This document shows positions 1 through 13,453 of a DNA stretch of 64,000 bases, piece by piece; position 1 is the stretch's first letter, and every line of letters begins with the position of its first letter. Source of the stretch: Octopus sinensis (lineage: Eukaryota); NCBI RefSeq assembly GCF_006345805.1, contig NC_043001.1:103168001-103232000 (forward strand), written 5' to 3'. A model generated the notes under the pieces. It saw only the letters and a list, made by a program, of their open reading frames with translations. It did no database searches and was not told the origin of the DNA. The translations under genes were made by a program, and so were the position numbers.

Positions 1-129
1 GATCGTCTTTCTGTAGGATTATAAATACTTTCAGTGAACGCCTTGTTCATTTTGTTGAGAAAACACGAAGAAAAAAGCACCAAACGCTAGACAAAACTAG
101 CTTCTGGGAGACCTGAAGTATATATCGAA

Positions 130-345
130 AATACGAATGCGTTAAAGAAAACCGAAAATATGAACAGGAGCCTTGACCTGGTTACGAAATTCTCAAAGGA
201 CATAGGGGTAGAATTTGGTCAGAAAAAAAATTGTTCCTTCTCGATTTTTAAACAAGAAGAATCAACACGTGAAGGCAATAATCTCACAAATAATGGTCTG
301 ACTAAAATGTGTATCACGGAATTGAACCCATCACCCAGAGGATGA
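130..345 (+). pseudogene. Degraded fragment of an R4/Dong-like non-LTR reverse transcriptase
   Basis: Translation LDLVTKFSKDIGVEFGQKK resembles the 'FSxDIGMEFGxxKC' segment after the catalytic DD in this clade; a similar segment occurs near 61840-61885. Confidence 0.55.
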
Positions 346-707
346 TGTCTAAATTCAAATGAAAGAACTTTGTTTCTTGGTTAGAAACCAGCATTTTCAC
401 ACACGAATTACTGACATTCTAATCGATAGTGTTTAAATCCCAATAAAAGAACCTTGTCTTTGTTGGGGATAGAAACCTGTTCTTCTGTATTGGTGAGAAG
501 TTTGAAACATAAAATACGTTAAATCTAAATACCTTCTATTATGATGTTATTTAGGTCAAATCATACAATGCTCTTTTGAAATATGAATATTAAAATGTTT
601 TCCATTGTTTGGTTGGGTTAGTTTACTAATTTCATGCAAAGACCAAGGCCACACCGCAATAGTAAATAGCAATGGGTTTGGCGTCAATGGAAAATACCTG
701 AGACGAA

Positions 708-1156
708 GGTGGCGAGCTGGCAGAAATGTTAGCACGCCGGGCAAAATGCTTTGTGGCATTTCGTCCGCCGCTGCGTTCTGTGTTCAAATTCCGCCGAGGC
801 CGACTTTGCCTTTCATCCTTTCGGGGTCTATAAATTAAGTACCAATTACGCACTGGGGTCGATGAAAACGACTTAATCCCTTTGTCTGTCTTTGTTTGTC
901 CCCTCTATGTTTAGCCCCCTAGTGGGCAATAAAGAAATAAGAAATGTTAGCACGCCGGGCGAAATGCGTAGCCGTATTTCGTTTGCCGTTACGTTCCGAG
1001 TTCAAATTCCGCCGGGGTCGACTTTGCCTTTCATCCTTTCGGGGTCGATTAAATAAGTACCAGTTACGCACTGGGGTCGATGTAATCGACTTAATCCGTT
1101 TGTCTGTCCTTGTTTGTCCTCTCTGTGCATAGCCATTTGTGGGTAGTAAAGAAATA
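708..1156 (+). mobile_element. Two tandem copies of tRNA-derived SINE family A (708-940; 941-1156, 5'-clipped)
   Basis: Head GGCGAGCTGGCAGAAA (A-box-like), GTTCAAATTCC (B-box-like), core GACTTTGCCTTTCATCCTTTCGGGGTC, end AAAGAAATA; more than 20 related copies in the window. Confidence 0.9.
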
Positions 1157-1510
1157 GGAGAATACCTGAGACGCTACAGCTGTGAACCAAAAAACAATAT
1201 AACGTTTCGTTAGTTTGCGATCTAAGTTCGAAACTCGCCTGAGTCGCCTTCACCATTCAACCCCTCAAGTGTTGACGTAATATGAACAGGTCAGCTAATG
1301 GAATAGAAAATATCGATTAGTACTCCGAATGATTATTGGTGGCCTTGTGACAACATAGATCGATATTCTGACAACTATTGATTTAATCGATTTCAAGCTG
1401 CAGCGACATATTTGGGTCATAATAAAATTGTAAACAACTGGCAAGTTACACTGCATCGCTGTTCTACTTTACTGTGAGCAAAAGAAAAGAAGGAAGACAA
1501 AAGAAAGGTT

Positions 1511-1717
1511 TGCACGCCGGGCGAAATGCGTAGCCGTATTCCGTCTGCCGTTACGTTCTGAGTTCAAATTCCGCCGGGGTCGACTTTGCCTTTAATCCTT
1601 TCGGGGTCGATTAAATAAGTACCAGTTACGCACTGGGGTCGATGTAATCGACTTAATCCGTCTGTCTGTCATTGTTTGTCCCCTCTGTGTATAGCCCCTT
1701 GTGGGCAGTAAAGAAAT
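1511..1717 (+). mobile_element. SINE family A copy
   Basis: Near-identical to 941-1156. Confidence 0.9.
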
Positions 1718-2566
1718 GTATGAGCAAAAGAAAGAACCTCGACCTAGCAACAGTTTGCAAGAAATAACAGCCGAATATCTCTCGAAATGGCATACTAACA
1801 TAATTAAAAAAAAACTAGCGAACAATTTATAGCATAATGTCGTCGGACTGTAGAGTCCGTTAGAGTTCTGGGATCCCCTCGTTGATGAGAACAGGCGCAC
1901 TGTGAGAGTATAACATCTGTAGGATCTCTTTTGACTGAGCTGCAGCCCTCAGTAAATCCTAGATTCATGGAATGTTTTCCGGTACTCGGAGCATTCAAAT
2001 AACCACAAAATGCAGCCGGTGGAACGTCTGTTATATCAAACCTTTTTATTATTTCGTTGTTTAGTAAAGCACAAGCGATTACGCAATCTCTTGCTCTCCA
2101 TGAATATATTCGTATCAGTATGTATGGGTGCAGGCATGGCCGAATTACGAACAAATTCCCTTGAGATCATAAGTTCCTGAGAGCTAAGTCATTGCGTAGG
2201 ATTTTGAGCGTCTTCTATCATAATCTCTTTTACTCAATGCAAGCATTTTGAGCGAAATCGAATAACGGGAAATCGTCCGAAAATCCGGAGTGTGAAATTT
2301 ACTCGTAATGTCGAGGATCGGTTTTGTAATACGTGGGTCTCCGTTCAATTTCTGGCTTTGACAGATCCTGACATCAACCGAGTCCACGCAGAGATCCGTG
2401 TTCACAGGGTTTTCCGTGTCAACTTGGTTTTTAGATAAAAAGTAGGTACTGAAGGGGAGTCAATTGAAAACACTGACGACACACACACACACTCAGAGTG
2501 ATATATATGTATGTGTATGTGTATGTGCATATACATACATACATATATACATACACACACACACAC

Positions 2567-2606
<40 letters not shown>

Positions 2607-2669
2607 CTAGCTGAAGGTGACCCGCTCTACGCGCGGGTAAGAGTGTGGTATATATATATAAATGTATAC

Positions 2670-2705
<36 letters not shown>

Positions 2706-3538
2706 CAGATATATGCACTTTGTATATATAAAAATTATTATATATACATATTTATATATAGATACACACACACATATAAATTAACCCAATAAATATCTGA
2801 TTCATAATATTTGTTGTCATGATTGAGTGGTAGTGGTGGCGATGATAATTCTCTCTATGAATGCAGACAGACGTAGAGAGTTAGAGTGTGTGAAAGCGCT
2901 GTGGAAGGCAGGGAGGGGGGATAACGGACGCTGTGAAACGACGTTATAAAGAGAAAGTGAATGTAAGGTAGGTAGACGCTGTGAAACGACGTTATAGATA
3001 GAATGTGAAAGGAAGGGAGAAAAGTGAGTGAGTGATGGAGGAAGACAGATACATAAAAGAATGAGAGTGTTGGATGTTTTGTTTGTTGGAAAGAGGCAAT
3101 GTGTTTGTTTCAAAAATTAAAACATCTGTAATAGTGAATGAAATTAGAATTCACACCCAGCTCAGTTTTGTAGAAAGAGTATCACGATGTGAACTCATGA
3201 GTTGGGAGTTTGACTGAGAGAGTTTATATGGTGACACATGCCAGTCCTTTCGACACCACCTAAACAATGAATAGTGTATAAAATGTAATTAACAACTCAT
3301 TCACTTTATGAATGTCTTATGTTAGCGAAGAAACAATAACTTGACAAAACCGTTTAATGGAGACGTAGAAGGAATCGGAAAATGAGGAATAAAGAGAATG
3401 AGTTGGATCAAATGTTTGCAAACATCTGAACCCAACGTTCTTTATGAACCATGTTCTTTTTAATGTCTTTATTTTCAAGAATGAAGAGATAATGAAGAGG
3501 TGCAAAATAAAAATCAAGCAAAATTTCATGACTTACAA

Positions 3539-5065
3539 TCAGTTTTCTTTTGTCAGAGCCTCCTGATAAACCACGTTCCTTGTGCGCTCATGATTGCCAA
3601 GAATGAAGAGTTTATGCGGATTTCCAACTCGATAACAGGCTACGTACAATTGACCATGACTGAAAACCGGTTGTGACAGGTTAATGCCTACAATGTCCAG
3701 TGATTGTCCCTGTGACCTGTCGATTGTCATCGCGAAGCATAGTTTTATCGGAAATTGAAAGCGTTTAAACTGAATGGGAACATCAGAGGGTGAAATACTC
3801 ATTTTATGTATCATTTTGATTGTTCCTACAAATGGTCCACTCAAAATTTCAGCAGTTATAACATGGCTTTGAATCCTCCTAATAACCATTCGGGTTCCAT
3901 TGCATATTTCAGGCGTTTCCATATTTCTGAGCACCATGATTGGAGCACCAACTTTCAAACACAAATGATGAGGTGGAAGTCCCGGAGGTGTTAGCTTGTT
4001 GAGTAGCTCGGGTGGATATTTGACTGCATCATTCTCATCTTTATTTGTATCGATGGACATGAAAGAAACTATCTCACAAGGATTCATATCAAGTACTTGT
4101 TTATTTGTAGCCTCAGCGGTTGTATTATGAGGCGATAGAATAGCTCTTGCTCTTAGCCAATCGAGATCCTGGAAGTTGGTTTCGACGTCAGGTAAAACGG
4201 CTCTTATAAGTTCTTCTACATTTGGAACGAAATTCCCAAAAGGCAACCGAATATGCTCATCATCAACGAAAGGCAAAACTCCATCACCAAGATCTAATAG
4301 GTGTTTTGCGAAAGCTTCAGACTCCACATCACCATGTAGGTGGACTCTCATGTTTGTTTGAAGATGGCGACTGATAACACTGTGCCACACATAAGAATGC
4401 TTTATATATGCATTAACCTCATCGGCTCTAGTGCCTGCTCGGACAACAGGAAGAGTTTGTCGAAAATCTCCTGCCATGAGAAACGTAGCTCCACCCATTA
4501 TTTTTGTATTGTGACGCAAATCTTGGAGAGTTCCGTCAAGAGCTTCAAACATGGCCTTATTACTCATTGTAGCCTCATCCCAAATAAAAAGACTGCATTC
4601 ACGAAGAAGTCTTGCTCTTGAGGAACTACGATCTATATTACATATAGGATTATCTTTCTTTCCAATGTCCATGGGCAATTTGAATGCACTATGTGCCGTA
4701 CGGCCGCCTTGAAGCAGTGTCGCTGCAATACCACTTGAGGCATATGCAATGGCAATTCGACGTTCAGCGCGCAGCTTTGCGAGAATCAAATTGATAACGA
4801 AAGTTTTACCAGTACCACCTGGAGCATTCAAAAAGAAAAGCTTTCCTTGGTTCAATCTAACGCTGTCAATAATTTCATTATAAATCTCTCTTTGTTCAGG
4901 CAGAAGTCTTGGTTCATCTCGCGTACTTGTTTCCGTCAATTCGGCAATGTTGTAGTTCTTTTCTGACATGTATTCAACATCCAAAGGCGCTTCATGATGG
5001 ACAGGTGTTGGCAGATGGAATTCACTGAAACCGCGTATAACATAGCGTCTGATGTGTCTGTCCAT
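3539..5065 (-). CDS. Helitron PIF1-family helicase domain (C-terminal part of RepHel)
   Basis: Walker A APGGTGKT, G(G)RTAHSAFKLP, IWDEATM, GDFRQTLPV, L(Q)TNMR, QFPIKLCFAMTIDRSQGQSL, FSHGQLYVACYRV. Confidence 0.9.
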   Translation of the reverse strand: MDRHIRRYVIRGFSEFHLPTPVHHEAPLDVEYMSEKNYNIAELTETSTRDEPRLLPEQREIYNEIIDSVRLNQGKLFFLNAPGGTGKTFVINLILAKLRAERRIAIAYASSGIAATLLQGGRTAHSAFKLPMDIGKKDNPICNIDRSSSRARLLRECSLFIWDEATMSNKAMFEALDGTLQDLRHNTKIMGGATFLMAGDFRQTLPVVRAGTRADEVNAYIKHSYVWHSVISRHLQTNMRVHLHGDVESEAFAKHLLDLGDGVLPFVDDEHIRLPFGNFVPNVEELIRAVLPDVETNFQDLDWLRARAILSPHNTTAEATNKQVLDMNPCEIVSFMSIDTNKDENDAVKYPPELLNKLTPPGLPPHHLCLKVGAPIMVLRNMETPEICNGTRMVIRRIQSHVITAEILSGPFVGTIKMIHKMSISPSDVPIQFKRFQFPIKLCFAMTIDRSQGQSLDIVGINLSQPVFSHGQLYVACYRVGNPHKLFILGNHERTRNVVYQEALTKEN

Positions 5066-5183
5066 GTCGATTAATGCCTCATTATAAACATCGCCGTTGC
5101 CATCACGTAGCGCTAAATTAGCCTGTATGTCCTTTGATAGGCTCTGTCTGAACGATTCCCAAAGGTTAAAAGGGTTGCTGGGA

Positions 5184-5940
5184 TTACAGTGGATTAATAT
5201 GCCATGGCAGTTTACAATTTGAGGCCTCTGCTAATGTCCTGTGTAAGTGGTCGTCATTGAGAAGAAGTCCGCACCTCAAACATGCTTCCCTGTAAGTGGC
5301 GCAGATGATACCATCATCCGTGCGAAGATCAGCAAAAGACTTCGGTCCAGTAACTACATGAAGTAGCATTCTCAAAGAGATTTCCTGTTTGGTAGGATGA
5401 ATATTATACACACGCCCAATGACGTTCTTCCTAGAAACACCTGGCCAATTGTCAAGTTCTGTTCCATGTGACCTGCGCTTCCAATTATTATTGTTGTATG
5501 TGTAATATTCCGGTACTTCAGGGTAAATGAGAGTAGCAGCAAACTCATCAACTGAACACAATTTAAAAAATGCTGTAAGCGTAGTCCCTTTTGGATTTTC
5601 AATGACTTGACATGCATTTTTCTCTGTGAAGTAAACCAGCTGTCTCTTCTGTAAATGAACATTCATGGTGAGCTGAGATGAATCTCGTATCCAAAAATGC
5701 GCCACGCTGCATAATTGGAGGATACATACCTACCGAAAACGAATTGTTTAATTTCGTCATGTCTAAGGTCTTCATTACTGAACACAAACACGGCCATATC
5801 ATCGCCCTTATTAATGTACTTGCAGAGGTATTGTATGCATCTCACCGAACTGCAGTACTCAACATTAATGTGTGCATTAAATGTTTTGGAAAGCAGAGTT
5901 GAATGGAACGATCCAGGCATTATCAACATCGAATGTTTTT
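5184..5940 (-). pseudogene. Frameshifted Helitron Rep/linker region
   Basis: DNAWIVPFN, FNAHINVEYCSSVRCIQYLCKYINKG, DEIKQFVFGRYVSS, TTLTAFFKL, YPEVPEYYTY, LRMLLHVVTGPKSFADLRT, TYREAC..GLL spread over several frames. Confidence 0.85.
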
Positions 5941-6772
5941 AGCCGTTGTCTAATTGTAGTTGTGCGGCCACCCAAACCTGGGTCACATATATGAAAGAGA
6001 GGACGGGAAAATGAAATATTTTGCAATGTAAACATGATTTGTTTTAAGAGAAAGATTGTCATGATTGTGTGTTGGTGGTGGCGATGATAATTATCATTAG
6101 GAAAAACATAAGTTGTGGCGATGATAATTCTAGACCCCTTTTCACATTTTGATGAAGAGAACCCTATTTCATTCGGGTCTACTGGGGCCACATATAGGTG
6201 TGTGTGTGTGTGTGTGGTGTGTGTGTGTGTGTGTGTGTGTGCGTGCGCACTGTAGAAATTAAATTAGAGATCAAACCACTAAAAGGGAAATGAAACAGTA
6301 AAAAAAACGCAAACATAAAAATAAAAATATAATATTAGATATATGTATATATGTGTGTGTGTGTGTGTGTGTGTTGACAGGTAGACAATAGAATGCGATG
6401 GCGATGGGGATGGCGATGTAATATTTGTTACCGTCCATGAACGCTGATAGATACATGAGTAAAATGTATAGGAAGGTAAGAGATAAGAGTGAGTGAAAAT
6501 GTTCTTGGAAGAGAGTAAATAGCGACAGAGTGATTTGAGGAAGACTTTACATTAAATAACCGTAGTGGCATTGTCAAATGAAGAGGAGTGAGAGAGTACT
6601 GGAGGAAGTAGGGTGAGGTAGGAAGATGGCCCCTAGCAACCACACCTTTTAAGATTTCTAAGGTAGCCCACGCGCATCGTCACCTCATTCTACATGTCCC
6701 TGTAAATTTTGGAGCGAATCGGACGGGATGTAGTGGCATTGAAAGCGAACCAAGCGGTAAAAACGCATTTCA

Positions 6773-7008
<236 letters not shown>

Positions 7009-7389
7009 AAAACTACAAAATGGGACAAGAACGCAAAACATTGAAATAGACGACACAAAAAACGGACGGGTCATTCGAAGCCTCTAATCTTCAGTCAAGA
7101 ACCGGATCATCCTCGCAATTTTGAGATCGCTCCGATCCGGCCAGCCCCAAGGAAAAACTAAGCTACGAGCATTAGATTTCTTGGAAAAAGGATCGAATGT
7201 ATACGAAACAAGGACAGAAAAACGGACGATGCCACACGAATATAAATACAAAAAACAATAATAGTAATAACAGGACGAAAACAGCGGGTGTCTTACGACT
7301 TTAGACAGTTCAACTTAGCTTATATATTTATTTATACTAGCAGTAATACCCGTCGTTGATCGAGTAATTCCTTTTACCGATTGTCGGCA

Positions 7390-7634
7390 GCCACATGCTC
7401 ATATAGGTTTAAATGATAAACTTCTGGAAAGTTTTATAGATTTTTACAGTTCCAATGACGGATTGAATCTGTAGTCTTCGAATTAGCCTTCTCCTTTCTG
7501 GTTTTGAGAAGCCTAATTTCTCAAGATTGGTATTTAGGGAATGTGTTACTTATCCCAGGGTCCCAATAATTACAGGTATAAACCTGAACTTGTACTCTAG
7601 ATAGAGTAACTGCAGATTTTTCAATAGTTCAGTG
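7390..7634 (-). mobile_element. 3' fragment of an R4/Dong-like non-LTR element, joined to (CATA)n
   Basis: Minus strand reads ELLKNLQLLYLEYKFRFIPVIIGTLG*VTHSLNTNLEKLGFSKPERRRLIRRLQIQSVIGTVKIYKTFQKFII*; IPVIIGxLG is typical of the C-terminus of restriction-like-endonuclease LINEs. Confidence 0.7.
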
Positions 7635-7636
7635 AA

Positions 7637-8105
7637 TGTATGTATGTATGTATGTATGTATGTATGTATGTATGTATGTATGTATGGTATGTATGTATGT
7701 ATGTATGTATGTATGTATGTATGTATGTATGTATGTATGTATGTATGTATGTATGCATGCATGTATGTATGTATGTATGTATGCATGCATGCATGTATGT
7801 TTGTATGTATGCATGTATGTATGTATGTATCTATGTATGTATGTGTGTATGTATGTATGTATGTATGTTTGTATGTATGCATGTATGTATGTATGTATTT
7901 ATATATGTATGTATGTGTATGTATGTATGTATGTGTGTATGTATGTATGTATGTATGTATGTATGTATGTATGTATGTTTGTTTGTATGTATGTATGTAT
8001 GTATGTATGTATGTTTGTTTGTATGTATGCATGTATGTATGTATGTATGCATGTATGCATGTATGTATGTATGTATGCATGCATGTATGTATGTATGTAT
8101 GTATG

Positions 8106-8136
<31 letters not shown>

Positions 8137-8146
8137 TGTATGTATG
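7637..8146. repeat. (TATG)n microsatellite; a second tract at 8316-8428
   Basis: Direct reading. Confidence 0.95.
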
Positions 8147-8315
8147 AAAGTGCAAATTTGTATGTTTTATCTATGTATTCTCATGCATATAGTTACAGAT
8201 AGTTAAGATTGGTATTTAGGCAGTGTATTACATATCCCAGTACCCCAATAATTACAGGTATAGACCTGAACTTGTAATCTGGATAGAGTAACTGCAGATT
8301 TCTCAATAGTTCAGC
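8146..8315 (-). mobile_element. Second, internally deleted copy of the same R4/Dong-like 3' fragment, flanked by (CATA)n on both sides
   Basis: AELLRNLQLLYPDYKFRSIPVIIGVLGYVIHCLNTNL; closely similar to 7525-7634. Confidence 0.7.
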
Positions 8316-8859
8316 GTATGTATGTATGTATGTATGTATGTATGTATGTATGTATGTATGTATGTATGTATGTATGTATGTATGTATGCATGTATGTTTG
8401 TATGTATGTTTGTTTGTATGTATGTATGTTGTCTGATATAATAAGTCGTCATTCAGGCACTTTAAAAGATGTCGATTTTTTCCAGCTAATTCTGTAAAGC
8501 GGACGACCAGCAAAAACCCTTCACATTGGTTAAATAAACCATTACGCTAATAACGCACGAAATATCGCGTACTTCAGTAAAACGAAAATAATTTCGACAT
8601 ACAAAAGCTATAATTCCCAGATTGCAATCTGGGGGCAATAATGAAATGTGATGTGATATTCTGAAATAAGATATGACAAATAAATATGAAATATGAGATA
8701 ATACAATAATGCAAATTGTGAAAGGGTAATGGCTTTTAGCTGTGGTGGTTATTGAAACTGGTAGATAAGAGGTGGAAACATTTTGAAGGAATTTTAAAGA
8801 AACATTATTAAAATAATAATTGGATGGTTAAATATATCTCTTTATCGCGTAACCAGGGC

Positions 8860-9400
8860 AGCCAATTGTAGGAGTGCCATTTGGGACGCTCTAGCGAGAG
8901 GTATTTTCCACTGGCCCCTCTCCTCTGTCGTACACGGAAGTACTGTTGAAACCTATCCAGTCCCTCGTACCAAAATTTTCTTTGCTTGACTTTCTTCGAA
9001 AATGCCTTTCAACAAGGAGTCGTGTCGGAATACATATCAACACGAGGGGAGATTCCGTCGCTCTGCTATGGTAAGGAGTGCTTATATTTGGTGATATTCG
9101 TTCCTACCAACGTAATTGACTTGTATTCTGTGGTCAGGATGCGTATCTGCTTTCTGAAGCACTTATGCTCGAATGCTAGGATTCCGTGTCCCTTATCAAC
9201 CTCCAGGCCTATACAAAATCATCGAAGTCTCGTGGGGCTTTCTTAGTTTGAGCTATTTTTACAAAACTGCTAGAACTGTTTTTCTATTTGCGATTCAGCT
9301 TCTTTATGGCAGATGAGGTAAGACCAAGCCTTTTTGTTTTCTCCTTTATAGAGCTGCAGCCCTCGCTCCAAGAGGATCCATGGTATTTTAAGTTGTCCAT
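8860..9400 (-). pseudogene. Degraded RTE-like LINE 3' region
   Basis: Minus-strand frame ILAFEHKCFRKQIRILTTEYKS resembles the RTE C-terminal motif 'AFExKCLRRILRIxWxxxxxN'. Confidence 0.45.
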
Positions 9401-9899
9401 CTTTTTTAAAGGTTTTGTACTTTCAGCTTTATGCTGCTTACTGCATTGTGGTTAAGGCCATAACTCAGAATTTTATTCTTTTCGGAACTTCCATTCCGTT
9501 TGCCTCTGACTTCTATTCAAGTTTGGCGGTGAGCTTCAGGTGCTCTGTTTCGCTGCTTCCAATTACGACGATATCGACAGCAAAAAACAAAAAAAAAAAG
9601 AAGCTTTTTCAAAATGTCTATCTTTTACGTTGAATGTTATCGCAGTCTAGGATTTCAAAAAATATAGCCAACATGTTAAATCTGTATTTCAAATATGATG
9701 ATTTATACCAGCATTTTATAGCATCCATGTGACTGGTTTGTGTCTCCTCATCAACTGCATGTATATAACTTATCCACTCATATTAAAAGGCTCTTAATTA
9801 ATTTGACTGCACCTTTCTTAACATATATAATATTAGACGGCACTTATCAGTAGGTGCTTACAGACTTCTGTCATTCGGGAGTTATTCTACGTTGGTGTT

Positions 9900-10620
9900 C
9901 TGTAAGTGGGTGAGTGGCTGGCAAGAAAGATGACTTTCTCGGGGAGTCTCTGGGCCTTGACGAGAATCAACTGGCTGATCTGTTCCGGAGAACTTTCCAG
10001 ACGGTGCTACCGGGCTGGTAAAGCATTTCCGGTTAGAAATAAACTTTGCAAGCATCTCAGTGTGCGCAGAACGAGAAAACGGTTCCGTACACACCCTTCA
10101 AGAGTATTGCTGATCTGCTGAATGTTATGTCGAACATCTATTGTGGCACGAACGATGGAGCTGGCCAACAGCTGAATCCATTGTGAAAATCGCCCCGACG
10201 CCTTCCTTTGGCTGGAAATGACAGGCAGTGTTTATCTGCCTGGTGGCCTTAACGAAAGAGGTTGTGTGGTAGACTAAACTGAAAGGGCTGAAGACAGACG
10301 CCTTGCTCTTGGCTTAAGCCTTCGCTTTCCTTTTTAAGTTTCACCTGAAAAGGAAAGGAAGAGTGGTGAAGGAAGCGATGCCTCCCAACAAGACTGAAGG
10401 AAAAAGATGGGCAGAGGCCACGTGCCATAGTGTCCAAGGGGATCGTGGTTATGTGAGGCATCTAGGAGAAGCCCTTGGATGTCTCTTCCTTACAAAGAAT
10501 CCTTTCTTCTTTCACCTTTTTGTTTCTTTGTTTCTGTTATTTTACTCCTCTCACACATTTATGCACCCCCAACCCACGCCACCACATTGTATTGTGTCGT
10601 CCTGTACAGTCCTTGATTTT
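9900..10620 (+). pseudogene. Old, degraded Tx1/L1-like LINE 3' end
   Basis: KAFPVRNKLCKH, KEVVW*TKLKG and FKFHLKRKG parallel EALPVRDKLYRH, KECIWWTRLKG and FKYHLKRKV in the younger copy at 33210-33600. Confidence 0.65.
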
Positions 10621-10780
10621 ATTGAAGATATTAATCAAGAGAATATTATTATTAGCCGAGGTCGACTTTGCCTTTCATCCTTTCTGGATCGATGAAATAA
10701 ATACCAGTGAAGCACTGGGGTCGTTACAATCGACGAGTCCCCTCACCCCAAATTTCAGACCTTGTGCCTTTTGTAGAAAC

Positions 10781-10781
10781 G

Positions 10782-10816
<35 letters not shown>

Positions 10817-10970
10817 GTTGTTGTTGTTATTATTATTATTATTGTTATTATTAATGTTGTTGTTGTTATTATTATTATTATAGTTATTATTGTTGTTATT
10901 ATTATTATAATTATTGTTGTTGTTGTTGTTATTATTATTATTATTATTGTTATTATTGTTATTATTGTTG

Positions 10971-11002
<32 letters not shown>

Positions 11003-11093
11003 GTTATTATTGTTGTTATTATTGTTGTTATTATTGTTGTTATTATTATTATAATTATTATTGTTGTTGTTGTTGTTATTATTATTATTATTA
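10781..11093. repeat. (ATT/GTT)n trinucleotide microsatellite; another at 11483-11618
   Basis: Direct reading. Confidence 0.95.
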
Positions 11094-11482
11094 TGATGGT
11101 AGTCAGTATTCTTCCAACCCTTTTCATTTTACGTTCAATTTCAGACGAGCTTAACTGTGCCTTTCTTCCCTCCAGGGCTGACCGATGAAAAAAAAAAAAG
11201 TAACAGCAAAGTATTGGAATCAATCATACTGACTAATTCCTCCCTTCGAAATTTCGGTCCTTGTACCAACTTCAGCCGAGATTAATAACATTCCTTGTGT
11301 GTGTTTGTGTGTGTGCGTACATTGCTCTTTAAGTTTTGAGTGCAAATGCCGCCGAGCTCAACTTTGCCTGTCGTGCTTCCCTGAGTTGATAAAATAAAGT
11401 ACGAGTCAAGTACTGAAGTTAATAGCATCGATTAATCCCCCTCCCCTCAAAATCATTGATTTTTGTGCCTAAAATGAAAAGC

Positions 11483-11537
<55 letters not shown>

Positions 11538-13453
11538 GTTGTTATTATTATTATTATTGTTATGATTATGATTATGATTATTGTTATTGTTATTATTATT
11601 ATTATTGTTATTATTATTTCGTGAATGCTCTTGAATAGCTGGAAGAGTTTAGGTATTTTACCGTTACCAAGGTGAATGAAATGTTTATTGTTCATTTGAA
11701 TTATACAAAGCAGAACTTTATGGAATATTTTTGAATTTATTTCATCCAAAACAAAACGAAAAAAAAGGTTGATCTTTTAATATTTTTCTTTTTTGTTCGG
11801 TCATTTGTAAATGATGGCGTCTAAAACAACAAAAACGTGTGTCTGCAGTTTGCAGAAGACGGGAAATACGGGAGAAGCAGACGTTTGCCAGAAATAAATT
11901 TCTTTGTCGCAAGAAACAAATGGGAGAAAAATATTGACAAATCAAATTAAAGTTTGGTAACTTTATTTACTATAATGGCAGCAAGCTTCATCGGATGAAG
12001 GTGCCGCATATTCCAATCAGAACCAGTTGGATTATAGAGAAATATGTGGTTTGGGGTAGACATTGTTGTTCTCAGTAGTCTCGGCAACCTTAACTCCCAT
12101 ATTTGAACGTTTTGTTCATCTTCATATAAATGGATGAATAAACACATAAATAAATAAATAAATATACACGCGAATAACAATTGTAACAAAACTCGTTTAT
12201 TTTTCTTTATAAAAATATAAAAGAATTTATTCTGAAGCCATCCGCAAATGTTCAGCTGATTTGGAACAGTCTCCAGTAGCAGCGATCCGGTGACTTTAGT
12301 TCAATATTCTTGTGTGGCCAACACAGCTGGAACAAAATCCACACTCAGGGATATGCTATACCCGAGATCTGGGGAAAAATTGATTCCAAACTTGAGAAAC
12401 ACGACCGTATATAATCAACGAGGGTTTTTAAAATCAGTCTTTTTAGGTAGAACAGGCGCCGGGCAAAAGTCGATGTCTTGATACTTAAGCGTTCGATTCA
12501 CAGTGTTTTCAACGTTTGTATTCTTTCTGAATTCAAGATCTGAAATAGATGAAGAACTTTATGTTAGTGTTGTTTGCATTTTGATATTGACGAGTCCCAG
12601 AACCAAGCGAGACGTTAAAGAATTATTTACGACTTTGGCTTCGCATTGTATTCTATGTCGACTAGATCATCTTGGTGGAATTGGTTATTAGCCTCCAAGA
12701 TGTGTCGAGCAGAATTTTGAATTCAATATTGAGAGTTAAGGAAACAAATTATCTTCTTGTGTCATAGGTTTATATCTATTTATATTGGACATTTGAGAGT
12801 TAAGTATCTTGCCTAAGAACACCATCCAACATAAGTGACGTGATAAGTTTTACCAAAAATTCATGTCTTTTATATAAATAGTTTTTTTTTGTTTTTTTTG
12901 TCTTACTCCTTGAATATCTACCGATTATTTTCAGAAATATGAAATGAAACTCGTTAGAAATTATTTTGGTTGGTGTTTCTGCCACTTTCAAAGGCCATGG
13001 TGGCACTAAGAAAGATCGTGGTCATTGCTGCTCTTCCACCGTCGAGGATTCTCTTTAAAGAATCTGTCAAAGAAGATTCTATTCCTCCTTACTGTACCTT
13101 CCAAACCTATCCTGGTCTTATTTAGCTCCGGGTCAGCCTTAAGTAAACCTATTATCACAGGAACCTCAGCCATGTTCATCTGGAAGGTGGGAGAATGTGG
13201 AGAGGTGGTAAGCCCTGGTACAAGGCCCAATGTGTCCCCCCTTTTTAATTCGGTCGGGTATGATATAAGGGAATTAAAGTACTATTTTTTTTAACAGGTC
13301 AAATAACTGCATCTATAATAGTTTAGATATTTTAAGAATATAGCCATGGCTATCTTGTCTTACATAGAACTGCAGCTAACTATTTCAGTTGTTGCTAATT
13401 CCGTAACAGGTTCGCAACAGAAAGAGGAATATTTAAATGGAAATCTTTAAGAC

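Noticed and set aside
632-1256. Recurrent ORFs such as MRNWYL..RPRKDERQSRPRRNLNSER and PERMKGKVDLGGI
   Set aside because: Reading frames across SINE family A, repeated wherever the SINE occurs.
1780-2440. Coding-like sequence on the minus strand
   Set aside because: Many stops and no motif I can assign; probably an old transposon remnant.
7010-7320. Module between TA-rich tracts with CTGAAGA...CGAA on the minus strand
   Set aside because: Stems and the GAAA core are too degenerate to call a hammerhead from this copy alone.
10475-11749. Hydrophobic poly-I/V/Y ORFs resembling membrane proteins
   Set aside because: (ATT/GTT)n microsatellite translations.
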